A stretch of DNA of 32,000 bases from Candidatus Electronema halotolerans (GTDB taxonomy: Bacteria > Desulfobacterota > Desulfobulbia > Desulfobulbales > Desulfobulbaceae), in assembly GCA_942493095.1 (NCBI GenBank), contig OW818675.1, positions 390,001-422,000 on the forward strand, read 5' to 3'. Under the pieces are notes generated by a model, which saw nothing but the letters and a program-made list of their open reading frames with translations, was not told where the DNA came from and did not search any database. Position numbers and translations under genes: made by a program. Shown piece after piece: positions 19,729 to 27,652 of the stretch (within the stretch, counting starts at the first letter, position 1; each line of letters opens with the position of its first letter).

Positions 19729-19828
19729 CAGTGGATGCGATGAATAGCCCTAACAATCGCATGCACTCGGACAGCAAAAAGCACCGTTCTCGGTTTCACC
19801 TTTAAGCAGTGCTGTAGCTTCTGCCAAC

Positions 19829-20170
19829 ATGGCAGGCTTACCTTTTTTGATTCAGGCAAAGACTCCAGTCTATGCAACTTTAGTTGCATGTATTGTTGGT
19901 TTTATATTTATTTCCATTGGATTGTGCTGGAAACAGGTCATTAAATGGGCGTACAGAGGAACAGCATTACCTGAAAATATAAATCCTAATTTCGCCGAGA
20001 GTATCGACCAACGAATTTGGCGTTTCATTCAAAGATCAGCATACCCAGCGTTTGTTCTTCTCGGAGTTTCTTTGCCAGCAAAATTTTATTTAGACGCACA
20101 TCCTTTTGCAGAAGAAACACGTGGATTCAACTCGCAAGTGCAACTTTTTTTGGTTATCCAAAAAGCATAG
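19829..20170 (+). CDS. Hypothetical membrane protein, C-terminus encoded by an inverted repeat
   Basis: Two hydrophobic segments; last residues RGFNSQVQLFLVIQKA fall inside the left arm of the 20121-20307 inverted repeat. Confidence 0.45.
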   Translation: MAGLPFLIQAKTPVYATLVACIVGFIFISIGLCWKQVIKWAYRGTALPENINPNFAESIDQRIWRFIQRSAYPAFVLLGVSLPAKFYLDAHPFAEETRGFNSQVQLFLVIQKA

Positions 20171-20307
20171 GTTGGCTGGCACTTTGAATACTTCATGTAA
20201 ATTTTCAATTATTTTCTCTTAGTTAGCGACAAAAGCAAAGTTGTGACACTCCCGTAACTGCCTTTTCTTGCAACCAAAAAAAGTTGCACTTGGAACTTGA
20301 ATTCACC
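20121..20307. repeat. MITE-like element bounded by about 35-nt inverted repeats
   Basis: Left GTGGATTCAACTCGCAAGTGCAACTTTTTTTGGTT; right arm reverse complement GTGAATTCAAGTTCCAAGTGCAACTTTTTTTGGTT (4 mismatches in 35 by eye). Right boundary +/-1 nt. Confidence 0.7.
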
Positions 20308-20323
20308 TCGGAGTGCCAAAAAT

Positions 20324-20512
20324 ATGTCGCAAACCAACCTTCTCACCACCTCCACCAATCTGCAAAAGGCTGTTGCGTGGATCAGCGAGACCATGCAGCA
20401 GCACCCGGACAAGCAACGCGCCAAGGTGATGACCGCAGCAGAGCTGCGCTTTGACCTCACCCCTGCGGAATGCGAGTTTCTCCGCCGTCATTTTCACCAG
20501 ACGGACCGCTGA
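20324..20512 (+). CDS. Hypothetical 62-aa protein immediately upstream of recD2
   Basis: MSQTNLLTTSTNLQKAVAWISETMQQHPDKQRAKVMTAAELRFDLTPAECEFLRRHFHQTDR; stop 3 nt before recD2 start. Confidence 0.6.
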   Translation: MSQTNLLTTSTNLQKAVAWISETMQQHPDKQRAKVMTAAELRFDLTPAECEFLRRHFHQTDR

Positions 20513-20515
20513 CTG

Positions 20516-23038
20516 ATGCTTCCACCTCTGCCCTCTTCGCAGCTCCCGCCGGAAACCCTCAGCGGCGTGATTGAGCGCATCACCTACCACAGCCCGGAAA
20601 ACGGCTGGACAGTGCTGCGGGTCAATCCCTTTGATTCGCGAGGCGGCACGGCCACGGTGATTGTCCATCAGGTTCGAGTCTTTGCCGGGGCAACCATGCA
20701 GTTCAGCGGCGAATGGGTTGTGCATCCCCGCTTTGGCCGCCAGTTCAAGGCCAAGCAGGCTGCGGAGCTGAAACCGGCCTCAGCAGGCGCGCTGGAAAAA
20801 TACCTCGGCTCCGGCCTGATCAAGGGTGTCGGCCCCAAGACGGCCCGCAAGATTGTTGAGCATTTCGGCAAGGATACGTTGGAGGTCTTTGAGGAGCGGA
20901 TTGAGCAACTCACTGACGTGCCCGGCATTGCCGAGAAAAAGCTGAACATGATCAGCACGGCCTGGACAGAGCACCGCGCCATCCGCGACGTGATGCTCTT
21001 CCTTCAGACGCACGGCATCTCCACCCTCTTCGCGGTGCGCATCTACAAGCAGTACGGCGACGAGTCGATTGCCATTGTCTCGGCCAATCCCTACCGCTTG
21101 GCTGAAGATTTCTACGGCATCGGCTTTTTCTCGGCGGACAAAGTGGCTCTGTCCATCGGCTTTGGGCAGGACTCGCCTTTGCGCATCACTGCCGCCATCC
21201 GCCATGTCCTCAATACCAGCCGGGAGCAGGGCCATTGCTGGCTGACCCAGGCCCAGATTGACAAGCAAGTTGCCGAGCTGCTGCAACTCAATCTCTCCGA
21301 CCGCATCGCCCTGTTTCTCCACGAAATGGAGCAGCAGGACAAGCTGCGCGTCCGCCTGCTGGTCACGCGCAAGGGCCGGGAGGCGGAACGCTGCTACTAC
21401 TCGAAGAGCCTGTATTATGACGAGAAGTACGTGGCCGAGCGGCTGCGGGCTATGGTGCGGCCTTTGCCGCATAGTGTTGAACGGATTACCGATTGGCTGC
21501 GGCGTGCTGGAGAAACGACAAGTTTTCAGCTTGCGGCAGAACAGGCCTCGGCAATTTTGACCATAGCCTGCTGTCAGTTCGCCATTCTCACCGGCGGGCC
21601 GGGCTGCGGCAAGACCACGACCACGCGGGTCTTGGTTGCCCTGCTGCGGGCTATGGGCCGCTCAGTGACGCTGGCTGCGCCCACAGGCCGGGCTGCCCAG
21701 CGCATGGGCGAGGTCATCGGCTTGGAGGCCAAAACCATCCACCGTTTGCTGGAGTTTCAGGGCACGGGCTTCAAGCGCAACGAGGACAATCCCCTCAAGA
21801 CGGATGTCTTGATTGTTGATGAATGCTCGATGCTTGACATCAGCCTGACTGCGGCCCTGCTCAAGGCGGTCAGCAAGGACACAGCCTTGGTCTTTATCGG
21901 CGACGCGGATCAGCTCCCCTCGGTCGGGGCAGGCAATGTGCTGCGTGATTTGATCGCGTCGGGCAGCATTCCGGTCTGCACTTTGAACACCATTTTCCGG
22001 CAGGCGAGCCGCTCCAGCATCATCACTTTTGCCCATCAGATCAACTGCGGCGAAACGCCCAAGGTCGGCTCACCCTTCAAGCATCCTGAGCTGTGGAAGA
22101 GCAACGACTGCCTGTTCATTGATTCCGACGAGGCGACCCAAGCCCAGCTCGGTTTCATTGCCAAGGCCCGGCAGCATTTTCAGACGGTCGAGGAGCGCGA
22201 GCAGGCCGGGACTGAAGACCCGTTCAGCTTTGAGGCGGAAACGATCAGCAGTCCGTATCAGCGTTTTGAGCTGCCGGAGCAGTTCCAGCATGTTGACTTG
22301 CAGAGCTTGGCCGTGGCGGAAGGCCCGGCGGCGGAGCTGTCCGCAGTGGTGAAAAAGGTCCATCCGTGGTCATCGCTCTATTACGGCCTGACGGCGGCGG
22401 ACACGGTGCGGCGGCTTTATACGGAATGGATTCCCAAATACTGCGGCAAGGACTGCGAGATTCAGGTGCTTTCGCCCATGAACCGGGGCAGTCTCGGCAC
22501 AGGCGCGCTCAACAAGATGCTGCAAGAGGCGGTCAATCCACCGCAGGAAGGGCGGGCCGAAATCAGGCTCGGCGGCGAGCGGCTTTTCCGCACCGGCGAC
22601 CGGGTCATTCATCGGCGCAACAACTATGATCTCGGCGTGTTCAACGGCGACATCGGCAGGATTATCGAGGTGAACAACGCGGATTTGACCCTGCGCGTCC
22701 GCTTCTTCCCGGATCAGCGTGAGGTCGAGTATCAGCGCGAGCAGCTTACGGAATTGGAACTGGCCTACGCGATCACCATTCACAAGGCGCAGGGTTCAGA
22801 GTTTGAGGCGGTGATTCTGCCGGTGCTGACCCAGCATTTTCGGATGCTCTTCCACAACCTGCTCTACACCGGTCTGACGCGGGCACGGAAGCTGGCGGTG
22901 TTCGTCGGCACGAGGAAGGCGTTGACGATGGCGGTGAAGAATCGGGATACGGGGCTGCGGCAGACGGCGTTAAGGGAGTTGGTGGGAGGAAACGCTGTGG
23001 ATTCAAATTGCATAGGAGTTACGCAGTTGGCTTTATAA
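20516..23038 (+). CDS. recD2: RecD2-type ATP-dependent DNA helicase, copy 1, with non-native C-terminus
   Basis: Walker A ILTGGPGCGKTTTTRVLVALL; VLIVDECSMLDISLTAALL; VFIGDADQLPSVGAGNVLRDL; YAITIHKAQGSEFEAVILPVL; LLYTGLTRARKLAVFVGTRKAL. The last residues NAVDSNCIGVTQLAL are encoded by repeat DNA. Confidence 0.92.
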   Translation: MLPPLPSSQLPPETLSGVIERITYHSPENGWTVLRVNPFDSRGGTATVIVHQVRVFAGATMQFSGEWVVHPRFGRQFKAKQAAELKPASAGALEKYLGSGLIKGVGPKTARKIVEHFGKDTLEVFEERIEQLTDVPGIAEKKLNMISTAWTEHRAIRDVMLFLQTHGISTLFAVRIYKQYGDESIAIVSANPYRLAEDFYGIGFFSADKVALSIGFGQDSPLRITAAIRHVLNTSREQGHCWLTQAQIDKQVAELLQLNLSDRIALFLHEMEQQDKLRVRLLVTRKGREAERCYYSKSLYYDEKYVAERLRAMVRPLPHSVERITDWLRRAGETTSFQLAAEQASAILTIACCQFAILTGGPGCGKTTTTRVLVALLRAMGRSVTLAAPTGRAAQRMGEVIGLEAKTIHRLLEFQGTGFKRNEDNPLKTDVLIVDECSMLDISLTAALLKAVSKDTALVFIGDADQLPSVGAGNVLRDLIASGSIPVCTLNTIFRQASRSSIITFAHQINCGETPKVGSPFKHPELWKSNDCLFIDSDEATQAQLGFIAKARQHFQTVEEREQAGTEDPFSFEAETISSPYQRFELPEQFQHVDLQSLAVAEGPAAELSAVVKKVHPWSSLYYGLTAADTVRRLYTEWIPKYCGKDCEIQVLSPMNRGSLGTGALNKMLQEAVNPPQEGRAEIRLGGERLFRTGDRVIHRRNNYDLGVFNGDIGRIIEVNNADLTLRVRFFPDQREVEYQREQLTELELAYAITIHKAQGSEFEAVILPVLTQHFRMLFHNLLYTGLTRARKLAVFVGTRKALTMAVKNRDTGLRQTALRELVGGNAVDSNCIGVTQLAL

Positions 23039-23127
23039 CTCGTTGATTTTGTTCAACTGGCAGTTTATGCGGCCAAGGGTCAACTTGCTGTAATAATTGA
23101 ACTCCTATTTTCAACTGCGTAAGTCCT
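23014..23127. mobile_element. 114-bp MITE-like element with 7-bp target duplication ATTGCAT
   Basis: TIRs AGGAGTTACGCAGTTG / CAACTGCGTAAGTCCT (1 mismatch); ATTGCAT at 23007-23013 and 23128-23134. Confidence 0.75.
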
Positions 23128-23158
23128 ATTGCATTTACAACTTGAATCCACGAATTTT

Positions 23159-24457
23159 TTAGAGGCTGTAAGTTAACGACAGCACGCTATTGAAACTATC
23201 CTCAGAAAAGCTCGCGCCAATATCCACCTTGATATCTTTGTTCCAGTTTACACCACCACCTAATGTATAATACATTTGATCAGAATCAATTGCCTGAAAA
23301 CCATCATGATCCGGGATGCGGAAGAGACCAGCCCGAATTTGACAATTCAAGCTGTTAGAAACAATAAAGGTCTTTTCCGTGCCGAAACGGAGAATTACAC
23401 CGTCGTCTATTTCCTCATCCAGCGTATTGCCACTCGTGCTGGCATCTGCCAACGCGGAATATCCCACCCAATCTGCCTGCGCGGTTAGCAGCCAGTTTGG
23501 AACAGGATACCACGCCACACCAACACTCCAGATGTCTGGAGTGTCAAAAATGGCCTGCAAGTTTTCGATGGCATCATCGCAGCTACTCAGGGAGCATGTG
23601 GTTTCTACACTGCTGTAATCAATGCTGAATGAACTGCCTTTGCGGTATGAAAGAGCGGCAGAAATATCAGAAGCCGGTTTGAACAGCATTCCTAAGCTGA
23701 AGCTAAAGTCATTGTCGTTACCGTCAATTATGCCGCCATAGCTGATCGAGCTGTCATGAACACTGCCGGTATAGGTGTTCGTCGTCCACATTTCACGCAA
23801 ATTAGTGTTCAGTGTTTCCAAACTGACCGCAGCACCGAAAGAAAACAGCTCGCTATAGTTGAAAGCAGCAGCTATTCCATAACTCCTCTTTCGATATTCC
23901 TCAATGTTTTTTTCAGAAATATTCTCTTGCAGAAGATTTAAGGTGCTATCGAATACCGGCTCCGGCCCGGAGTTTTGATTGTCGCTGCCAGTGAAAGCCG
24001 AACTGCGATAATAGACAGAGGCGGTTAGCTTTCCGGGAACGACTTGCATCGCCGCACCAGCAAAAGAAAGATCGGCAATGCTGTCATCAAAGGTTCTGAA
24101 CTCATCCAGATCAGGTCCCAAACCGATATTGTTGACTGAAGCATAGGTGTCCATGTAATCTTTTTCATAGGACGAATAGCTAATATCGACTGCAAGCTGC
24201 ATATCTCGCAATGCAGACAGGCCTGCCGGATTCAGAGCCGAAGCCCGCACGTCATCAGCAACAGCTAACGCTGCTCCACCCATGGCGAGATATTTGCCAC
24301 CTGTAACTTCAGAAGGTTCTAAGTCAAAAGGCAGATGGAGTGCCCAATAGCCATTGCTGCTGAGACCATGAGGGTTGCCCCATGCCACACTGCTCAGACA
24401 AAATGAAGCTGTAATGGCGCTCAACAGAATCATTTTCACCTTTACACATGGAGACAT
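23159..24457 (-). CDS. OmpP1/FadL-like outer membrane beta-barrel protein
   Basis: Signal peptide; GGKYLAMGGAALAVADDVRASALNPAGLSAL; alternating beta-strand pattern ending ...SVLSLTYSL; GGAGG upstream of ATG. Confidence 0.75.
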   Translation of the reverse strand: MSPCVKVKMILLSAITASFCLSSVAWGNPHGLSSNGYWALHLPFDLEPSEVTGGKYLAMGGAALAVADDVRASALNPAGLSALRDMQLAVDISYSSYEKDYMDTYASVNNIGLGPDLDEFRTFDDSIADLSFAGAAMQVVPGKLTASVYYRSSAFTGSDNQNSGPEPVFDSTLNLLQENISEKNIEEYRKRSYGIAAAFNYSELFSFGAAVSLETLNTNLREMWTTNTYTGSVHDSSISYGGIIDGNDNDFSFSLGMLFKPASDISAALSYRKGSSFSIDYSSVETTCSLSSCDDAIENLQAIFDTPDIWSVGVAWYPVPNWLLTAQADWVGYSALADASTSGNTLDEEIDDGVILRFGTEKTFIVSNSLNCQIRAGLFRIPDHDGFQAIDSDQMYYTLGGGVNWNKDIKVDIGASFSEDSFNSVLSLTYSL

Positions 24458-24483
24458 CTTTCTTTCCTCCCTTTTTATAAAAA

Positions 24484-24507
24484 GGGAGAGACAAAATTAT
24501 CTCTCCC
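24484..24507 (-). terminator. Rho-independent terminator-like hairpin
   Basis: Minus strand GGGAGAGATAATTTTGTCTCTCCC followed by TTTTAT, between the 24672-25256 gene and the porin gene. Confidence 0.65.
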
Positions 24508-24671
24508 CGGGCTGATATAACGGTTGCACGAAAAATGGCAATCAGTTTGATATGGCGACCATCATATAAACTCATTTGCTTTATATAATTAAACTCCTTA
24601 ACAAAGCAGAGATGTCTGATAGCCGTTCACCACATAACCGCTATAGTTCCGACATAGATCACGCCTTGGAA

Positions 24672-25256
24672 TTATTTCCGATCATACGCACAGCATCCAT
24701 TCTTGCTGGCCGGATAGAAAGATTCAAAGTTTTGACCTTTGGCGTACTGCGAACAGCGTTGGCCACTTTTGCTGACAAAGGTGGATTCACAGCTCATCCG
24801 GTAGGACTCGCCGCAGACAATATTTGGCCTGTCGGTCATTTTTTCAAATGATGCCGTGCTACCTATCGCCTCGGACACTGCACAGAAAATTTCTGCTGAC
24901 CATTCGCCGGACGCATTACCTATCATGCTGCACTCGTCAGTACATTTATTAACGATGTCATCTAACGAGCTGTTCAAGCCTGCAATGTATCCGTTACCAA
25001 AGTCCACTGCCATCTTCCCTGTAAACCTTCTGTTTTTTATATCACGAACAACTCGATCTACAGCATCGCCGACAATCTGCACCAAGTTGTCCGCTCTGTG
25101 GCAATCTTGGCCGAGGTTATTCCATGCAGCGGAAACAAGTTTAGATGAAGTCCGCTTCGCCATGTTGTAGAAACCGCTCTGGGCTGCGGCATTTTTCGCA
25201 TACCCATTCAACAACAGGAGAGATGATGCGAATAGAACTAACATTAGTTTTTTCAT
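24672..25256 (-). CDS. Secreted Cys-containing hypothetical protein, 194 aa
   Basis: Signal peptide MKKLMLVLFASSLLLLNGYAKNAAAQ followed by a multi-Cys mature region. Confidence 0.7.
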   Translation of the reverse strand: MKKLMLVLFASSLLLLNGYAKNAAAQSGFYNMAKRTSSKLVSAAWNNLGQDCHRADNLVQIVGDAVDRVVRDIKNRRFTGKMAVDFGNGYIAGLNSSLDDIVNKCTDECSMIGNASGEWSAEIFCAVSEAIGSTASFEKMTDRPNIVCGESYRMSCESTFVSKSGQRCSQYAKGQNFESFYPASKNGCCAYDRK

Positions 25257-25299
25257 ACGCTTTTCCTCTTTTTTGGTGATTGATGGTCTCTATTTGCCT

Positions 25300-25857
25300 T
25301 TACTCAGCACAGATTTTGCTGAATTTCGATACGGGAAAATTATAACTGAAGGCCGTGGAAAAGCTTCCCCGAACCTTGCTTTTGCAATCAATGCTGCATA
25401 CTTGGTATGGGTATGAAATATTTAAAACCATATCAACGATTTGAGTGATAGTAATATTCCACGACCCTAACTGAACTTCGCATTCATGAATGAACGGCAC
25501 AATGGTGCTGACGATAAAACTCTCCTCCATGCAGCTAACGCTGTTTTCTTGGTTGATACGGTCAATTTCGTCATAGTAAGAATGGATCAGCGTTGGCAGG
25601 AAATCGTTCAGGATGACATCGCTCGAATAACTGCGCTGTATCGAACGTAGCGAGCGGGTCAGAATCTTTGGCATGTGCTCGTCGCGAATGGTTTTCCACG
25701 GGATACCATTCGCTTTCAAGTTTTTGTAGATAGTACGCACCGATGCTTTGGCGAGCTTATCAGCCACTTCGCGAGCATCTCCTGTTTGTGAATACGCCAC
25801 GCTAGGCACAACGAGAAACAAGCCAAACAGCAGAATAATTAGTTCTTTCTTATTCAT
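25300..25857 (-). CDS. Secreted hypothetical protein, 185 aa
   Basis: Signal peptide MNKKELIILLFGLFLVVPSVAYSQ; several Cys; 43 bp upstream of the previous gene, same strand. Confidence 0.7.
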   Translation of the reverse strand: MNKKELIILLFGLFLVVPSVAYSQTGDAREVADKLAKASVRTIYKNLKANGIPWKTIRDEHMPKILTRSLRSIQRSYSSDVILNDFLPTLIHSYYDEIDRINQENSVSCMEESFIVSTIVPFIHECEVQLGSWNITITQIVDMVLNISYPYQVCSIDCKSKVRGSFSTAFSYNFPVSKFSKICAE

Positions 25858-25984
25858 TTTATATCCTCCATTGAATTATTAAATGCCCAGCCGTAAGCGG
25901 TAGGGTATCAATTTCTCGGCTTCCTATCTCTGATCTCAAAAATTATTAAACTGAAAAAATTTCCATCTGTCAAATTAAATTTTA

Positions 25985-26011
25985 CGCAGCGGAACCGCCA
26001 CCGTGATCGTA
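25985..26011 (+). pseudogene. recD2: 5' remnant of recD2 copy 2, cut by the IS630 element
   Basis: Joined across the IS, the frame reads SGTATVIVRQVCVLAG versus copy 1 GGTATVIVHQVRVFAG. Confidence 0.7.
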
Positions 26012-26097
26012 TAGCGGTTTCAGGTTGTATGGTTATCAGAAAAAGATTAAACTTGACTTGTCTGTTTTTTCCATTTTTTCACACACGGAGGTCTGCC

Positions 26098-26343
26098 ATG
26101 ATTTATTCTATTGATTTCAGAAAGAAAGTCTTGTCTGTTTATGAAAAACAGAAATCATTGAGAAGAACTGCAGATTTGCTTGACGTTTCCTATAAATTTG
26201 TTCAAAGTCTTGTAAAAAGATGGAAGACTGAGGGGACGATTGAGCCGAAGCCTCATAAAGGCGGAAATCCTCCGAAAATCAAGGAAGTTCATATTCCTTT
26301 TCTGACCAGCATGATTGATGACGAGAACGATCTTACGCTTGAA
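26098..26343 (+). pseudogene. IS630 transposase, N-terminal (HTH) part, interrupted at 26343
   Basis: MIYSIDFRKKVLSVYEKQKSLRRTADLLDVSYKFVQSLVKRWKTEGTIEPKPHKGGNPPKI. Confidence 0.85.
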
Positions 26344-27648
26344 GGGAACCTCGAAAAATTCGAGATAAAGCTTTTTCAGCTTATCAATAGTGTCTTTGAC
26401 AGTTGAAAACTTCAAATACATAAATTGTTATTTCCTGTTTTTTATTTATTTTGAGCAAACTTCTGTTGAAATATGTTCCTGAATGCGTTTCTTTTTTTTA
26501 AATCTTAAATTTTATTAAGAGTTCCGTACCTGTCAATATTGAACGTCAAGTTTCTCAAGCCTATTTTCGCAGCAGCGCGAATGAAACCTGTTCCTCGGAG
26601 AATCATATTGCCAGCACGTTGCGCCTGGATGCCGAAGACGTGTTCAATCCGGGAGCGAATTTTTGATCTTGTCCGATTTCCCTGCTTCTCCCATTCGGTC
26701 AGTTTCCGGCTTCGTGTTCCTTTGCGGTTCAGATGCTCTCTGTATCCATTCTCGTTCAACCAGTTGAGCTTTTTTTCAGATCTGTATGCCGAATCCGCAT
26801 AGATATCCCGACTGGTGTTGTCAGGGTCAAGCAGCTCCTCAAAAATATTGCTGTCATGAACCTCGGCACTGGTCACCGCATATTTTCGGATGAATTTATG
26901 CTTCACATCAACAGATATATGATTTTTATAACCAAAAAAGCTTCTGCCGTTCTTTTTGGTCCAACGGGCATCAGTATCCTTCTGCGCCTGCTTATTTTCA
27001 CTCCATCCTTCAGGCTGTTCACCATTCTTGATCTGCTTGTTTTCCTTGCGGCTGTTACGCTGGATCGGGGCGTTGACTATGGAAGCGTCGACTATCTGCC
27101 CTTTTCTGGCTTGATATCCATTTTCATCAAGAAATTTGTCAAAAACAGAAAACAGTTCCTCGATTTTTCCTGCTTTGGTCAAAGTTTCACGAAAAAGCCA
27201 TATCGTTGTCGCATCTGGAACTTTGTCAGCCGCCCGAAGTCCAAGGAATCTGGAAAACGAATATCTGTCAAGAATTTGATATTCCATCCCTTTATCAGAA
27301 AGATTGTATAATGATTGCAAAATTAAAATTTTGAACATCATGACTGAATCATAACCTTTAGCTCCAGCATTTGATTTCACAGGCTTTCTTTTTGCTTCTT
27401 CAAGAATTGGCCGAAATATTTCCCAGTCAATAGCCTTGTTGATCTTAACTAAAGGATCACCTGCTTTGTCAATTCGGGAAAGACGAATATAAAAATCAAA
27501 AAATCCAAGTTGGTTCATCTGTGCATCTCCGGCAGCATGAGTTGAATTGATGCCGAAATTATAACATAATAGACTGAAATTTCAATATTAAAATAAAAAA
27601 TAACAAAACAAATGCAGCAGAATGGATGTTGTATTTTTCGAGGAACCC
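26344..27648 (-). mobile_element. IS5-family insertion sequence, 1305 bp, nested in the IS630 element
   Basis: TIRs GGGAACCTCGAAAAAT / ATTTTTCGAGGAACCC (14/16), 4-bp duplication TGAA at 26340-26343 and 27649-27652, complete transposase inside. Confidence 0.88.
26505..27518 (-). CDS. IS5-family transposase
   Basis: QLGFFDFYIRLSRIDKAGDPL..., GAKGYDSVMMFKILILQSLYNLSD, QIVDASIVNAPIQRN, GYKNHISVDVKHKFIRKYAVTSAEVHDS, YADSAYRS, RSRIEHVFG. Confidence 0.95.
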   Translation of the reverse strand: MNQLGFFDFYIRLSRIDKAGDPLVKINKAIDWEIFRPILEEAKRKPVKSNAGAKGYDSVMMFKILILQSLYNLSDKGMEYQILDRYSFSRFLGLRAADKVPDATTIWLFRETLTKAGKIEELFSVFDKFLDENGYQARKGQIVDASIVNAPIQRNSRKENKQIKNGEQPEGWSENKQAQKDTDARWTKKNGRSFFGYKNHISVDVKHKFIRKYAVTSAEVHDSNIFEELLDPDNTSRDIYADSAYRSEKKLNWLNENGYREHLNRKGTRSRKLTEWEKQGNRTRSKIRSRIEHVFGIQAQRAGNMILRGTGFIRAAAKIGLRNLTFNIDRYGTLNKI

Positions 27649-27652
27649 TGAA

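Noticed and set aside
20780-22363. Minus-strand ORFs over recD2 copy 1 (and the equivalents at 28363-30168 over copy 2)
   Set aside because: Shadow ORFs in GC-rich coding DNA; the plus strand encodes clear helicase motifs.
24576-24851. Plus-strand ORF over the end of the secreted 194-aa gene
   Set aside because: Overlaps a signal-peptide ORF with Cys pattern on the minus strand; no start context or domain.
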